Shown here in pieces: positions 1 through 8,594 of a stretch of 40,864 nt of DNA. Numbering within the stretch: position 1 is the stretch's first letter; every line of letters starts with the position of its first letter. Location of the stretch: the IMG/VR virus record IMGVR_UViG_2565956716_000008; one strand, given 5' to 3'. The stretch comes from a virus. Lineage: Duplodnaviria > Heunggongvirae > Uroviricota > Caudoviricetes. Both the position numbers and the translations under genes were made by a program. The notes under the pieces were generated by a model. It was not told where the DNA came from. It worked only from the letters and a program-made list of their open reading frames with translations, and made no database searches.

Positions 1-573
1 ATGTTTTGCGAAGAAAAAGTAGCTCAAATGGCTGCATACCTACTTCTTAAGAGAGGTGGGCGCATGGCATATCTGAAATTGATGAAGCTGCTCTATCTGT
101 CTAACCGCCAGTCGATTTTGAAGCATGGCAGGATGATCGGCGAAGATAGCCTTTACTCTATGAAATTTGGACCAGTCATGTCGAATACGCTGAACTTGAT
201 TCGCGGTAAGGCTGAAGGCATTGGTGACTACTGGTACAACTTGATAGAGACGAATGGGCATAATGTATCGTTGCGTTCAGATCCGAGGGAAATGGATGCA
301 GACGAGGTCTTTGATGAATTGAGTCGTGCAGATATCCGGATTTTAGATGAAATCTATTCTCGGTATGGGCATATGAACCGATTTGATCTCGCAAATATGA
401 CGCATTTAGAAAGCGTTTGTCCAGAGTGGCACGATCCTGGCAATTCTCGTAAGCCTATAGACCTGAAAGAAATGCTGATCAGTGAGGGTAAAAGCGAGGA
501 TGAGGCTAATCGCATAATTGGCAAAATGGAAGAATCTCAGAAACTTAAGGAATTTTCTTTGCAATTATCATGA
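1..573 (+). CDS. Panacea-domain (DUF4065/SocA-like) protein, putative antitoxin; N-terminus may be cut by the window edge
   Basis: 190-aa ORF with KLMKLLYL...GPV core typical of DUF4065; stop overlaps next start (ATGA at 570); AT-rich relative to prophage. Confidence 0.5.
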   Translation: MFCEEKVAQMAAYLLLKRGGRMAYLKLMKLLYLSNRQSILKHGRMIGEDSLYSMKFGPVMSNTLNLIRGKAEGIGDYWYNLIETNGHNVSLRSDPREMDADEVFDELSRADIRILDEIYSRYGHMNRFDLANMTHLESVCPEWHDPGNSRKPIDLKEMLISEGKSEDEANRIIGKMEESQKLKEFSLQLS

Positions 574-989
574 CGGATTATCAGCCATACAGGAAAGGAA
601 CTGTGCTTGCCCCAACTGGACCATGCAATCATCTTCATGTGATTTGTAATGATCCTGTTTATTACCCCGTTAACGATTGTTATTGTGTTTTAGTTGTTAA
701 TATTTCTAGTATCAAGGATGGTGTCCCCCACGATCCGTCTTGCGTCTTGAATTCTGGTGATCATCGCTTTATCAAGCATCCAAGTTATGTTGTTTACGCT
801 GAAGCTATAATTTGGCGAGTGGATAACATGGTTAGAAAGCAGCGATCGGGTGAGATTTCTGTTCATGATGATATGCCAGAAGCTACATTCAATAGAATTC
901 TGGACGGTTTTGATATCTCTGATGAAGTTACGCCAAAGAACCTTAAATTTAAAAATAAATATTGCGTATCATCTATTGATGATGAGTAA
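570..989 (+). CDS. hypothetical 139-aa protein translationally coupled to the Panacea-domain gene; candidate toxin partner
   Basis: ORF start overlaps upstream stop by 4 nt; AT-rich; no family recognised. Confidence 0.4.
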   Translation: MTDYQPYRKGTVLAPTGPCNHLHVICNDPVYYPVNDCYCVLVVNISSIKDGVPHDPSCVLNSGDHRFIKHPSYVVYAEAIIWRVDNMVRKQRSGEISVHDDMPEATFNRILDGFDISDEVTPKNLKFKNKYCVSSIDDE

Positions 990-1028
990 ACAACAGGAAT
1001 TGTTTCGGTATAACTTCTGGAGTTTTCT

Positions 1029-1202
1029 ATGGAAGATCAAAAAGCAACCAAGCCACAGGTTAAGTTCGACACAATGAAAGCATTCGCAGGTATGGGTGCT
1101 GCTGTTGAAGTTCTGATGAAGGCTGCTCCTAATGCGTTCACTCACGCTACTGTCTCTGGTAAAGAGCAGCAGGGTAAGCTTCGTCGTCGCAAAGCAGCAT
1201 GA
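1029..1202 (+). CDS. small hypothetical protein (57 aa), below ORF-track cutoff
   Basis: ATG at 1029 preceded by GGAG about 8 nt upstream; ends just before a strong terminator. Confidence 0.3.
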   Translation: MEDQKATKPQVKFDTMKAFAGMGAAVEVLMKAAPNAFTHATVSGKEQQGKLRRRKAA

Positions 1203-1221
1203 TCATAGCTGGTGCTTTTTG

Positions 1222-1248
1222 AAAACCCGCCTTTAGGCGGGTTTTTTC
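1222..1248. terminator. bidirectional rho-independent terminator
   Basis: aaaacccgcc-ttta-ggcgggtttttt hairpin flanked by A-run and T-run, between convergent genes. Confidence 0.6.
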
Positions 1249-1249
1249 T

Positions 1250-1531
1250 TTAGTGATGTTCTTTGCCCTTCTGTTTGCCTGTTCTGACCTGTTCCCACTC
1301 GATACGTCCTTCTTCTCGTCTTTTGTCTATGTATTCCGCAAGATCCTGAATATTGATGCAACGTTTTGCTTTTTGTGATGTGCCGATGCGATATGTTGGA
1401 ACGGGCAACTTACAAGCGTTTGCTTTTGCTTCTGCCGTGGCTGGACTCATGCCAAAGTACTTTTGGCTAACTGCTGAGAGTTCAATGTTAGGGGTATTGA
1501 ATTCAGCCATCAGTAAAAACAAGGTGTTCAT
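1250..1531 (-). CDS. PrtN/AlpA-like small DNA-binding protein (possible excisionase or activator)
   Basis: MNTLFLLMAEF...YFGMSP...LPVPTYRIG...QDLAEYID resembles PrtN family; GGAGAA RBS before internal ATG at 1531 (track ORF extends to 1558). Confidence 0.45.
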   Translation of the reverse strand: MNTLFLLMAEFNTPNIELSAVSQKYFGMSPATAEAKANACKLPVPTYRIGTSQKAKRCINIQDLAEYIDKRREEGRIEWEQVRTGKQKGKEHH

Positions 1532-1567
1532 AATTTTCTCCATCAAAACCGGCTGCACCCGGGAAAA

Positions 1568-2143
1568 TCATAATTCTGTGCTGGTGGCAGGAATTAATTT
1601 CTGCCAGATAGCGGAAACATATTTTGCCTGATGACGGGCATCAGCCAGGGCGTTGTGCCGTTCGCCATCGAAAGGCATGTCCATTTTGGGGTCGAATCCG
1701 ATGGAACGCCCAAGCGTAACGATCGTGCGTACATCGTGGTCATTCCAGTACGCCCACGGGCAGATTTGTCCTGCTCGCTCATAAGCTCCACGTAAAATTA
1801 CGTTGTCGAAGGTGGCCCCGTTACCCCAGACTTTTAAATATTTCGTATTGTCTGCGTGCCGGTTAATGAAATGGTTTAGTTCTGAGAGAGCATCGCTGAT
1901 CGACAAAGTATCATCAATACAGATTGCAGCTCGCGCTTCAGGGCTTTGTTTCAACCACCACAGGATGGTATCGCCGTCAGGTGTAGCTCCTTGCTTCATA
2001 GCACTGTCCAGGCTGACAACCGCATAGAATTCTTGTCCGATGTCTCCGGTTTCTGGAGTGAAGAACACCGCGCCAATGGAAACGATCGGTGCATCCTTAT
2101 TTTTCCCCATCGTCTCAAGGTCGATCATTAAGTTGTTCATCAC
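1568..2143 (-). CDS. DEDDh-type 3'-5' exonuclease
   Basis: IDLET motif, GNGATFDNVIL motif and C-terminal H...D motif (HNALADARH); start overlaps upstream stop. Confidence 0.6.
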   Translation of the reverse strand: MMNNLMIDLETMGKNKDAPIVSIGAVFFTPETGDIGQEFYAVVSLDSAMKQGATPDGDTILWWLKQSPEARAAICIDDTLSISDALSELNHFINRHADNTKYLKVWGNGATFDNVILRGAYERAGQICPWAYWNDHDVRTIVTLGRSIGFDPKMDMPFDGERHNALADARHQAKYVSAIWQKLIPATSTEL

Positions 2144-2892
2144 TTCACCTCCTGCGGCGGTTCCGGTAGCGGCATCCAGTGAGTTGCTTGCTCAATACCA
2201 TTACCCGGCTTAATCGTTGCATCTCCGCGCCGAAAGGTGCTTCCGGTATAGCGTGCGGAGCATATTAGCGGTTCAACCAGAGAGCTATCGAAATTCACCG
2301 AAATAAGCACGTTCTGGCCCTTTTCAGGCATTCGATCACTACAGCTTATCCAACTATCCGGAGTTCCCGGAGAGTTGCCATTTACATCGAAGTTTGGCTC
2401 TGCGTCCTGAACCAGGAGGATGTAACCATTCTTGGCCGTATCAAGTTCTAACGCCTCGGTGACGGTGCCGAAATAGCGATTACCTAAATCAGCATCACAA
2501 GTGCTAACATCAATGGAAACTTCCATGCCTTCGATTAATTCTGGCAAGTTGTAAGTTTGGTTTACAGGTTGGCCTCCCTGAAGCATGGCGGCGCGGTGAC
2601 ACCAGATAATCCAGCCAAGCGCCATATCCCATGCCATGTATTCTCTATCACCATTTTTTGCCCTGCGGCGATCTACAGATTCCCCGAAACGCTTCTCCAT
2701 AAATAATTCATAGGCTGCCCGTTCATCCGATACTGCTGCCAGCGATGCCAGTGCAATTTTAAATGCGGTAAGTATGTTGTTAACCTGACCTATTTCGAAT
2801 GCTATTTCACTACATACAAACGATTTATCGTCTATTATCGACTCAATTCCGGTAATCGTGTTCTGTAACCATTCTTTGGTAATAGTATTCAT
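2140..2892 (-). CDS. DUF551-domain phage protein
   Basis: C-terminal WISCSDRMPE...THWMPLPEPP signature; AAGGTGA RBS. Confidence 0.5.
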   Translation of the reverse strand: MNTITKEWLQNTITGIESIIDDKSFVCSEIAFEIGQVNNILTAFKIALASLAAVSDERAAYELFMEKRFGESVDRRRAKNGDREYMAWDMALGWIIWCHRAAMLQGGQPVNQTYNLPELIEGMEVSIDVSTCDADLGNRYFGTVTEALELDTAKNGYILLVQDAEPNFDVNGNSPGTPDSWISCSDRMPEKGQNVLISVNFDSSLVEPLICSARYTGSTFRRGDATIKPGNGIEQATHWMPLPEPPQEVK

Positions 2893-2894
2893 AA

Positions 2895-3086
2895 CTATTT
2901 CACCTTAATCTCAACATTTCGCAGCTTTAGCTCTACTGGCAGGTCTGACTTTCCGGTTAATGCTAATGCGAGATTTTCTGGAGTAATGAGAGCAGTTATT
3001 GTTTTCCCCCTCGCCAGACGAATAATCATTCGTATCTCGCGATCGTCACATGCTCCCGGTCGAACAATTGATATTTGTCCGATCAT
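2895..3086 (-). CDS. hypothetical small protein (63 aa)
   Basis: ATG at 3086 with AAGGAGA RBS; track ORF extends upstream to 3116. Confidence 0.3.
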   Translation of the reverse strand: MIGQISIVRPGACDDREIRMIIRLARGKTITALITPENLALALTGKSDLPVELKLRNVEIKVK

Positions 3087-3087
3087 C

Positions 3088-3669
3088 TCACTCTCCTTTG
3101 ATGCGAATGCCAGCAAGCCAGTTTCTTATGCCGATATATTCAGCGTTCCTGAAACCGCTTTTTACATATATAAATGGCAAGCGAAGATTGTGACCATTGG
3201 CTGCCAGGTAGTCTTTACAACCCTGTTCGGTGAAACAGCAGGTAACGAATTCATCAATATCTTTCACAGCAACGCGCCGCCATTTTTCTGGTGGTTCCCG
3301 AAAGTTTTCATGAAGTAGTTCGAGACGACGACTTTGGAGTTTATTGGCTTCATTGCCATCTTCATCAACCCAGACAATCCGGTCATAGTCATAATCAGCA
3401 TCAACAACAATTTCGCGCTTTTGATACACACAAAACATAGGGTCTGACGTTATTCGATTATCCTGTGTTCGAATATTTTCACCGATGATGCCAAACGAAT
3501 CTGGCGTAGGTTTTGTCTGTAACTCTTCGATACGTTCAGCCAGCGCCGCGCACTTGGCCTCAGCTTCAGCAAATTTACGCACCAAGTACTCAGCGTTTGT
3601 TTCGTTCACTTTCAGATCTCGCGGTACACATTTCCCGCGAAGAAACCCTTCCATTTCGAAAACATTCAT
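3088..3669 (-). CDS. hypothetical phage early protein
   Basis: 193-aa ORF; start ATG overlaps stop of upstream HD gene (ATGA). Confidence 0.35.
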   Translation of the reverse strand: MNVFEMEGFLRGKCVPRDLKVNETNAEYLVRKFAEAEAKCAALAERIEELQTKPTPDSFGIIGENIRTQDNRITSDPMFCVYQKREIVVDADYDYDRIVWVDEDGNEANKLQSRRLELLHENFREPPEKWRRVAVKDIDEFVTCCFTEQGCKDYLAANGHNLRLPFIYVKSGFRNAEYIGIRNWLAGIRIKGE

Positions 3670-4202
3670 GCGCATTTGCGTAACCCCGATAACTCGTTAA
3701 AACGTTCCATAAACATCCAGTAGGCATGGCCTGGTGACAGTGGAATAACTTTGAACATCTCTGTCGCCGGGATACCTTCCAGTACAGGCCAGAAAGAACC
3801 ATCATCAAGCCCGAGATCGCGGCGTTCGGTTGCCAGCATAATGAGATCGGCATATTTCACTGGCGTGCTCATAACAGGAGGTAACCCGTATTTCTCACGG
3901 ATTACGGCGTCTATTTTTTCTTCCATCCGTTTATAGTCAGGAAGAAGGCGTTTCAGTGGTGCGGGGATGTCCTGGCAATATGCTTCTGTTGCATCATGCA
4001 TTAACGCTTCAAAAGCAAATTCCTGCGGTACCAGCTGGCTGCAAAGCACCGCATGTTGGGCGACGCTGTAGAAGTGTGAAAGATGCCCTGCAAAGCGACA
4101 GATATTTGAAAGGGAAACCGCGATATCGTTAATCACGATGTCGTCTTTATTTATCTTGTCATAATAAAAATGCTTTCCGGAAAAAGTTTTAATAAATGAC
4201 AT
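3666..4202 (-). CDS. HD-domain phosphohydrolase (YfdR-like)
   Basis: H...HD metal-binding motifs (RFAGH, ALMHDATEAY); ATG at 4202 with GGAG RBS; track ORF 5' extension rejected. Confidence 0.6.
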   Translation of the reverse strand: MSFIKTFSGKHFYYDKINKDDIVINDIAVSLSNICRFAGHLSHFYSVAQHAVLCSQLVPQEFAFEALMHDATEAYCQDIPAPLKRLLPDYKRMEEKIDAVIREKYGLPPVMSTPVKYADLIMLATERRDLGLDDGSFWPVLEGIPATEMFKVIPLSPGHAYWMFMERFNELSGLRKCA

Positions 4203-4330
4203 TTTGTTCTCCACGTTATTTGCGCTGCACCGCACTGAATTTTGGTAAAAAGAAGCCCTTACCATCCGGCGATTATTGAGTAAATTACGCTTCCATAAAT
4301 GCCCCCGCAGGGGCATTTTCAGTAATGAAA

Positions 4331-5155
4331 TCAGGCGGTGAAAGTACCAATAAAGGTTTCTACTTTGCTGTCTTTGAATTTCTCAACAAGCAGATCACGA
4401 AATTCGTTAGCCATATCTTCCTGCACCGCTTCCAGCTGAATAATGCGCAGAACCAGTACAGGACGATCGCCAGTGATAATGCTGAGGCGTAATTTAAACG
4501 GACGTTCTTTCAGGCCTTCAAACGGAACGCATTTAAATTCAAATGCCACTGGCATAATGTCTTTGGTCTTCGCTTCGACAGACTCCATCAGGGAGCGTTT
4601 GCCGCTGAAGTCATTATCTTCAAAATCAGCGGTCTGGTTTGCTTCAATCGTGATTTTACGGACTGCCGCAGCCGCTTTTGTTGCCTGAATGGCGTCACCA
4701 TTCGCATCAAAGCCCACAAGGTAGTCGGCCCAGTCTTCAATCCATTCTGCCAGTGACTTCTGGGAGTTACGCTCGCCGTTAACAGACAACAGAGCAGAGA
4801 ACGGTGCTGTCTTTTTCAGTTTGAGAGTGGCGGTGTTATCTGCGTGACCTGGTTCATCAATAGTACCCAGGTTAAGCACACTAACGGCACGCATATTATC
4901 AGCATCGATAAAGCAGCGGGTGCCTTCATCTGCAAGATCTTTAGAATAACGGGTAAAATCATCGATGCTGGCAGTGGAAAGCGCGCCACGGAAACGGAAG
5001 CGATTTAAATTAAATTTTTCCAGATCATGAATGCGGAAATTCTCAGGCAATGCCACAGCATCGGCACCAATCTTACTGATAATTTCATTAACACCCTGAG
5101 CAGAAATAAGAGCATGGATTTGATTAATTGCGGTTGCGTCTAAGTTCTGAGACAT
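4331..5155 (-). CDS. YfdQ-like (DUF2303) phage protein
   Basis: 274-aa ORF matching size and position of YfdQ in the CPS-53-type yfdP-Q-R gene order; recognised by eye only. Confidence 0.5.
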   Translation of the reverse strand: MSQNLDATAINQIHALISAQGVNEIISKIGADAVALPENFRIHDLEKFNLNRFRFRGALSTASIDDFTRYSKDLADEGTRCFIDADNMRAVSVLNLGTIDEPGHADNTATLKLKKTAPFSALLSVNGERNSQKSLAEWIEDWADYLVGFDANGDAIQATKAAAAVRKITIEANQTADFEDNDFSGKRSLMESVEAKTKDIMPVAFEFKCVPFEGLKERPFKLRLSIITGDRPVLVLRIIQLEAVQEDMANEFRDLLVEKFKDSKVETFIGTFTA

Positions 5156-5219
5156 AATAAGTCCTCACTATATAAAGATATTCAGTGATGAGATAAATAA
5201 TCAGTTTATTAATAACGTA

Positions 5220-5582
5220 TTAATGACCTGCTGCGCGGAGTTTTCCGTCAGGTTCACCGGCAAGAGTCAGTAATTGTCCCTGGTCTTCCTGCAGAATAGT
5301 CAGGCGACCACCGCGATTGACATACATCGGCGTTTCGGTGGTGTCTTCTTCGGAAATTTTCCCGCGGTTAGTCGGGCGAACATATGAGAGTTTGTGTTTG
5401 ATTTTCACACGGTTCTCATCAAATGGTTCGATTTCCAGGTTGAGTGAGACCTTACCTTTGGTTTTCGTGTTCATCACACCTGAAGCGACTTCACTGAGAA
5501 CTGCGCCGATTTTGGTTTCAAATACGCCGCCGTCCAGCTCCCCGATAAATGCCTGCACATCAGTACTGCGTTCGCTAGCCAT
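5220..5582 (-). CDS. hypothetical phage protein (YfdP-like by size and position)
   Basis: ATG at 5582 with AGGAG RBS 7 nt upstream; long 5' extension of track ORF crosses a structured non-coding region. Confidence 0.4.
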   Translation of the reverse strand: MASERSTDVQAFIGELDGGVFETKIGAVLSEVASGVMNTKTKGKVSLNLEIEPFDENRVKIKHKLSYVRPTNRGKISEEDTTETPMYVNRGGRLTILQEDQGQLLTLAGEPDGKLRAAGH

Positions 5583-5719
5583 TTTGCTGCTCCTCATCAT
5601 ATCGACCCTGCAAGGTCGGTTGGTTTCTCCACAAAACAGAGAAGAACACCTGCGGTGGCAGCCGCCCGGATGGATTGGGTTATGAGCCCGTCGTCCGGTG
5701 ATGCTCTTCTCTGTTTTGT

Positions 5720-5765
5720 AAAAAGAGCGGTACCAGCCGGAAGCAAGTGTACAAACTGGTACCGC
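5720..5765 (-). terminator. candidate intrinsic terminator in early-left operon leader
   Basis: gcggtaccag / ctggtaccgc 10-bp stem followed on minus strand by tcttttt. Confidence 0.35.
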
Positions 5766-6019
5766 GAGGACTACACACAGCATAAAGTTGTGGTGCCGGG
5801 TGCCTCCCGGTGCCTGGCGAAGGTTGCACACCAGGCGGGTGGGTATCCACAGAAGGTCGACTGTCAGCCTCAACCTTAACCCGCGTGCGCTGAGCCGCAT
5901 TCACCACAACGCTAAGGATTCTCTCTGGTTGAAAATACTTAGCTGTTATGTGCCTGTCTTTTCACCACTTCAGGCTCGGTGGTATCCTTTTAAGCCCGTA
6001 TACATAAAAGGAAAATCAA

Positions 6020-6265
6020 ATGACTTTTGATGAAAAAGAACTTGATAATGCAATTAATAAAATCATCGTAACGTCGCTCTTTTCCTGTCTCAGCGACACT
6101 CAGCAGAAACAGTTCTACGAATCGGCTTTCAACATGATCGAGCGTTGTTGTTTCTGCGATGCCGACGAGTTACCTGAAAAAATCAGGAAACAGTTGGCTG
6201 ATGCTCTTCGAGTGCGACTTTCTGACCAATTTTCTGAAATGTGCTCTCCGAATTTGGACAAATAG
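6020..6265 (+). CDS. hypothetical protein (81 aa) in AT-rich immunity-region insert
   Basis: AAGGA RBS 8 nt before ATG; overlaps 3' end of convergent ORF 6183..6458. Confidence 0.3.
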   Translation: MTFDEKELDNAINKIIVTSLFSCLSDTQQKQFYESAFNMIERCCFCDADELPEKIRKQLADALRVRLSDQFSEMCSPNLDK

Positions 6266-6458
6266 AAAAAGGCCATTTCCATTCAGGGTCTGATGGAAAT
6301 ACTTCAGCCTGTTCCAAAGCACGGCGTAAAGAGAATACAACTCCAGCCATAATCTGATGTTTCCCATTGGTCCAGCTATCGCCGCTCTGATCTACAGGAG
6401 CGGCTATGTCGTATGACCAAACGACTTCACCACTATTGTTTAAAATCTGGACTTTCAT
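6183..6458 (-). CDS. hypothetical protein (91 aa), first ORF downstream of PL
   Basis: GGAGG upstream of ATG; convergent 83-bp overlap with 6020..6265. Confidence 0.3.
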   Translation of the reverse strand: MKVQILNNSGEVVWSYDIAAPVDQSGDSWTNGKHQIMAGVVFSLRRALEQAEVFPSDPEWKWPFSICPNSESTFQKIGQKVALEEHQPTVS

Positions 6459-6577
6459 TTTGTTCTTTAACCTCCAGATACGGGCGTTTAATGGCCCCGC
6501 CGAACAGCTCTTTTCCGCAATAGCTGCAATGTCTTTCGCGCATCAGCCTGCGCATTCACCACAACTCTAAAAACAAA

Positions 6578-6628
6578 TGTAGGATATCCAACATGTGAGT
6601 GTCAAGAGTTTATGTTGGTTATCCTACA
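6578..6628. promoter_or_regulatory. OL-like operator pair with leftward promoter (PL)
   Basis: tgtaggatatccaaca (6578-6593) and tgttggttatcctaca (6613-6628); minus-strand TTGACA at 6600-6605 between them. Confidence 0.5.
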
Positions 6629-6643
6629 TAAAAAGATAGGCTC

Positions 6644-6670
6644 ATAAAAAAACCGGGGATACCCCGGTTT
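6644..6670 (-). terminator. rho-independent terminator after repressor gene
   Basis: ccggggtatccccgg hairpin followed by 7 T on minus strand. Confidence 0.6.
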
Positions 6671-6691
6671 TGCGATAGTGAGGAAGATGTG

Positions 6692-7345
6692 TCAAAAATC
6701 CATTATTACTTGTTTGACAAGACCAACTATTCTGCAGTTCTCACCGCATTCAATAGTTTTATAGTTAGGATTTAGTGGGACGAGATACCTGTTCGGCCAG
6801 TCCTCAACAAATTTTTTGAGTGTCGCTTCTTGCCCACCATTGATATGGGCAACAACGATTTTTCCGTTAATACACTCTGTATCAATAATATCTGGCTCTA
6901 CGATAACGATAGAACCTTCTGGTATCGATGGTGAGCCGAGGGGATTGGTCATTGAATCACCACGGACCCGTAGTGCAAATGCCATTTCTGATACAAGGGC
7001 GGTAGTATAAACCCACTCTTCAGCATCTTCTTTCCTGACACCAGGCTCCGTCATTGTCCATGAACCCGCCTGAACCCACGAGATGAGGGGGACTTTTTTA
7101 ACTGCGAATATTTCAGGTTTTAGATTTATCTTTGGTTCAGGCGAGCCTTTTCCGCTAACAAGCCACAGAGGATCGCATTTAAGTGCGTTGGCTAGGGCTT
7201 GAAGGTTGGCTCCATTTGGTTGGTAGTCGTCCTTTTCCCATCCAGTAACCGTGACACGGTTCACACCAGTCAAATCAGCCAGTGCTTGTTGTGTCAGGTT
7301 CAGTTCTTTTCGCCTTTGGCGAATACGATCACTCATGTTCATCAT
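6692..7345 (-). CDS. cI-like repressor (HTH plus S24 LexA-type peptidase domain)
   Basis: N-terminal HTH (LTQQALADLTGVNRVTV), AG cleavage site, GDSM serine and C-terminal lysine; divergent from Cro-like gene. Confidence 0.8.
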   Translation of the reverse strand: MMNMSDRIRQRRKELNLTQQALADLTGVNRVTVTGWEKDDYQPNGANLQALANALKCDPLWLVSGKGSPEPKINLKPEIFAVKKVPLISWVQAGSWTMTEPGVRKEDAEEWVYTTALVSEMAFALRVRGDSMTNPLGSPSIPEGSIVIVEPDIIDTECINGKIVVAHINGGQEATLKKFVEDWPNRYLVPLNPNYKTIECGENCRIVGLVKQVIMDF

Positions 7346-7409
7346 GTAGGCAATCCTACCACATGCCCATGTAGGATTCTTGACATTGGTATGTTGGATA
7401 TCCTACATT
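7344..7409. promoter_or_regulatory. OR-like operators with rightward promoter (PR)
   Basis: three TGTAGG/CCTACA-type palindromes (7344-7361, 7371-7386, 7392-7407); TTGACA 7380-7385, 18-nt spacer, TACATT. Confidence 0.5.
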
Positions 7410-7440
7410 TCTGCTTAACGTAATTTAACGGGAGACAGAA

Positions 7441-7638
7441 ATGTGGAAATCCGACGTGATTAATTATTTCGGCGGAGTTTGTAAAACCGCCGAAGCCCTA
7501 GGTATTAAGCATCCGTCTGTTTCAGAGTGGCCTGAGATTATTCCTGAAGGCCGAGCGTACCAGTTAGAAAAAATTACTAACGGGAAACTGAAAGTTGACG
7601 TGTCTTTATATCAAAAGACTAACAGTGCTGCGGCATAA
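7441..7638 (+). CDS. Cro-like small DNA-binding protein
   Basis: 65 aa, divergent from repressor, GGAG RBS, Cro/YdaS-like sequence character. Confidence 0.55.
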   Translation: MWKSDVINYFGGVCKTAEALGIKHPSVSEWPEIIPEGRAYQLEKITNGKLKVDVSLYQKTNSAAA

Positions 7639-7665
7639 AAACACCACAGAAATGAGGAATTAACC

Positions 7666-8250
7666 GTGGGTAAAGAACCTGAATGGAAAGTTGATAAACA
7701 ACCAGCATGGCTGGTGGCAGCAATACGAAGAACGATTGCTGATTTACCTCATGGCTATGAGGAAGCAGCAGAAATTCTTGGTTTGTATAAATCTGATGAT
7801 ATCACCCCAGCAAAAGATCAATTGCATAACAGACTGCGTAGCGGTGGGGATCAAATTTTTCCACTTGAGTGGGCCATGGTTTTACAGGATGCCAGTGGTA
7901 CCAGGCATGTAACAGATGCAATAGCCCGTCGTAGTAATGGGGTGTTTGTGCCGCTGGTGGTCATTGATGACATTGACAATGGTGACATTAATCAGCGGCT
8001 GATGGAGTCAATAGAATGGATTGGCAAGCATTCCCAGTACTTACGCAAGGCAACTGCTGATGGAGTTATTGACCAAGCTGAGCGTGAGCAAATCGAAGAG
8101 AACAGCTACCAAGTAATGGCGAAGTGGCAGGAGCATTTAACACTGTTATTTCGTGTTTTTTGTGCGCCGGAAAAGAGTAACGCCCGCGAGTGTGCAGCTC
8201 CGGGCGTCGTGGCGTCGATTGCTTCTGGTTGTGGAGAAACTAACGCATGA
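7666..8250 (+). CDS. phage regulatory protein, CII/YdaT-like (tentative)
   Basis: position after cro; weak similarity by eye. Confidence 0.35.
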   Translation: MGKEPEWKVDKQPAWLVAAIRRTIADLPHGYEEAAEILGLYKSDDITPAKDQLHNRLRSGGDQIFPLEWAMVLQDASGTRHVTDAIARRSNGVFVPLVVIDDIDNGDINQRLMESIEWIGKHSQYLRKATADGVIDQAEREQIEENSYQVMAKWQEHLTLLFRVFCAPEKSNARECAAPGVVASIASGCGETNA

Positions 8251-8585
8251 ACAGTTTAACAACACACTACCGTCGCTCGCAACTGATTGCGCTTCCTGTA
8301 CCGGGTGGAAAAGCGAAGGTGGAGTATTGCTATGCAGTGAATGTACCAGGTGACAGGGAAATTGTAACCCACAGCTTTGCAGAGTGGGCTGTGGGGGATT
8401 TCAACCGGCAGAAGGAGACAGTCCTTTGCGACAAGTTAACCGCTGGTTCAAAGATCACTACGGAGTGCCCGTCAGAGTCATTCGTTGGGAACCGGAAACA
8501 CAACGGGTTATCTACCTCCGCGAAGGCTATGAGCATGAGTGCTTCAGTCCGCTCGAACAGTTTCGTCGTAAATTCAGGGAAATAG
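8247..8585 (+). CDS. hypothetical protein; reading frame ambiguous downstream of a G5 run at 8393-8397
   Basis: ATG coupled to upstream stop with GGAG RBS; overlapping alternative frame 8384..8605 also looks coding. Confidence 0.3.
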   Translation: MNSLTTHYRRSQLIALPVPGGKAKVEYCYAVNVPGDREIVTHSFAEWAVGDFNRQKETVLCDKLTAGSKITTECPSESFVGNRKHNGLSTSAKAMSMSASVRSNSFVVNSGK

Positions 8586-8594
8586 AGGTCGGTC

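Noticed and set aside
850-1077. 75-aa plus-strand ORF overlapping the end of ORF 570..989
   Set aside because: Low-complexity translation in an alternative frame of a better-supported gene; no RBS.
3666-4316. 216-aa version of the HD-domain ORF
   Set aside because: The N-terminal 38 residues are Arg/Asn-rich with no RBS; a GGAG RBS precedes the ATG at 4202.
5220-5900. 226-aa version of the YfdP-like ORF extending far upstream
   Set aside because: The extension crosses a hairpin-rich non-coding region; a strong RBS precedes the internal ATG at 5582.
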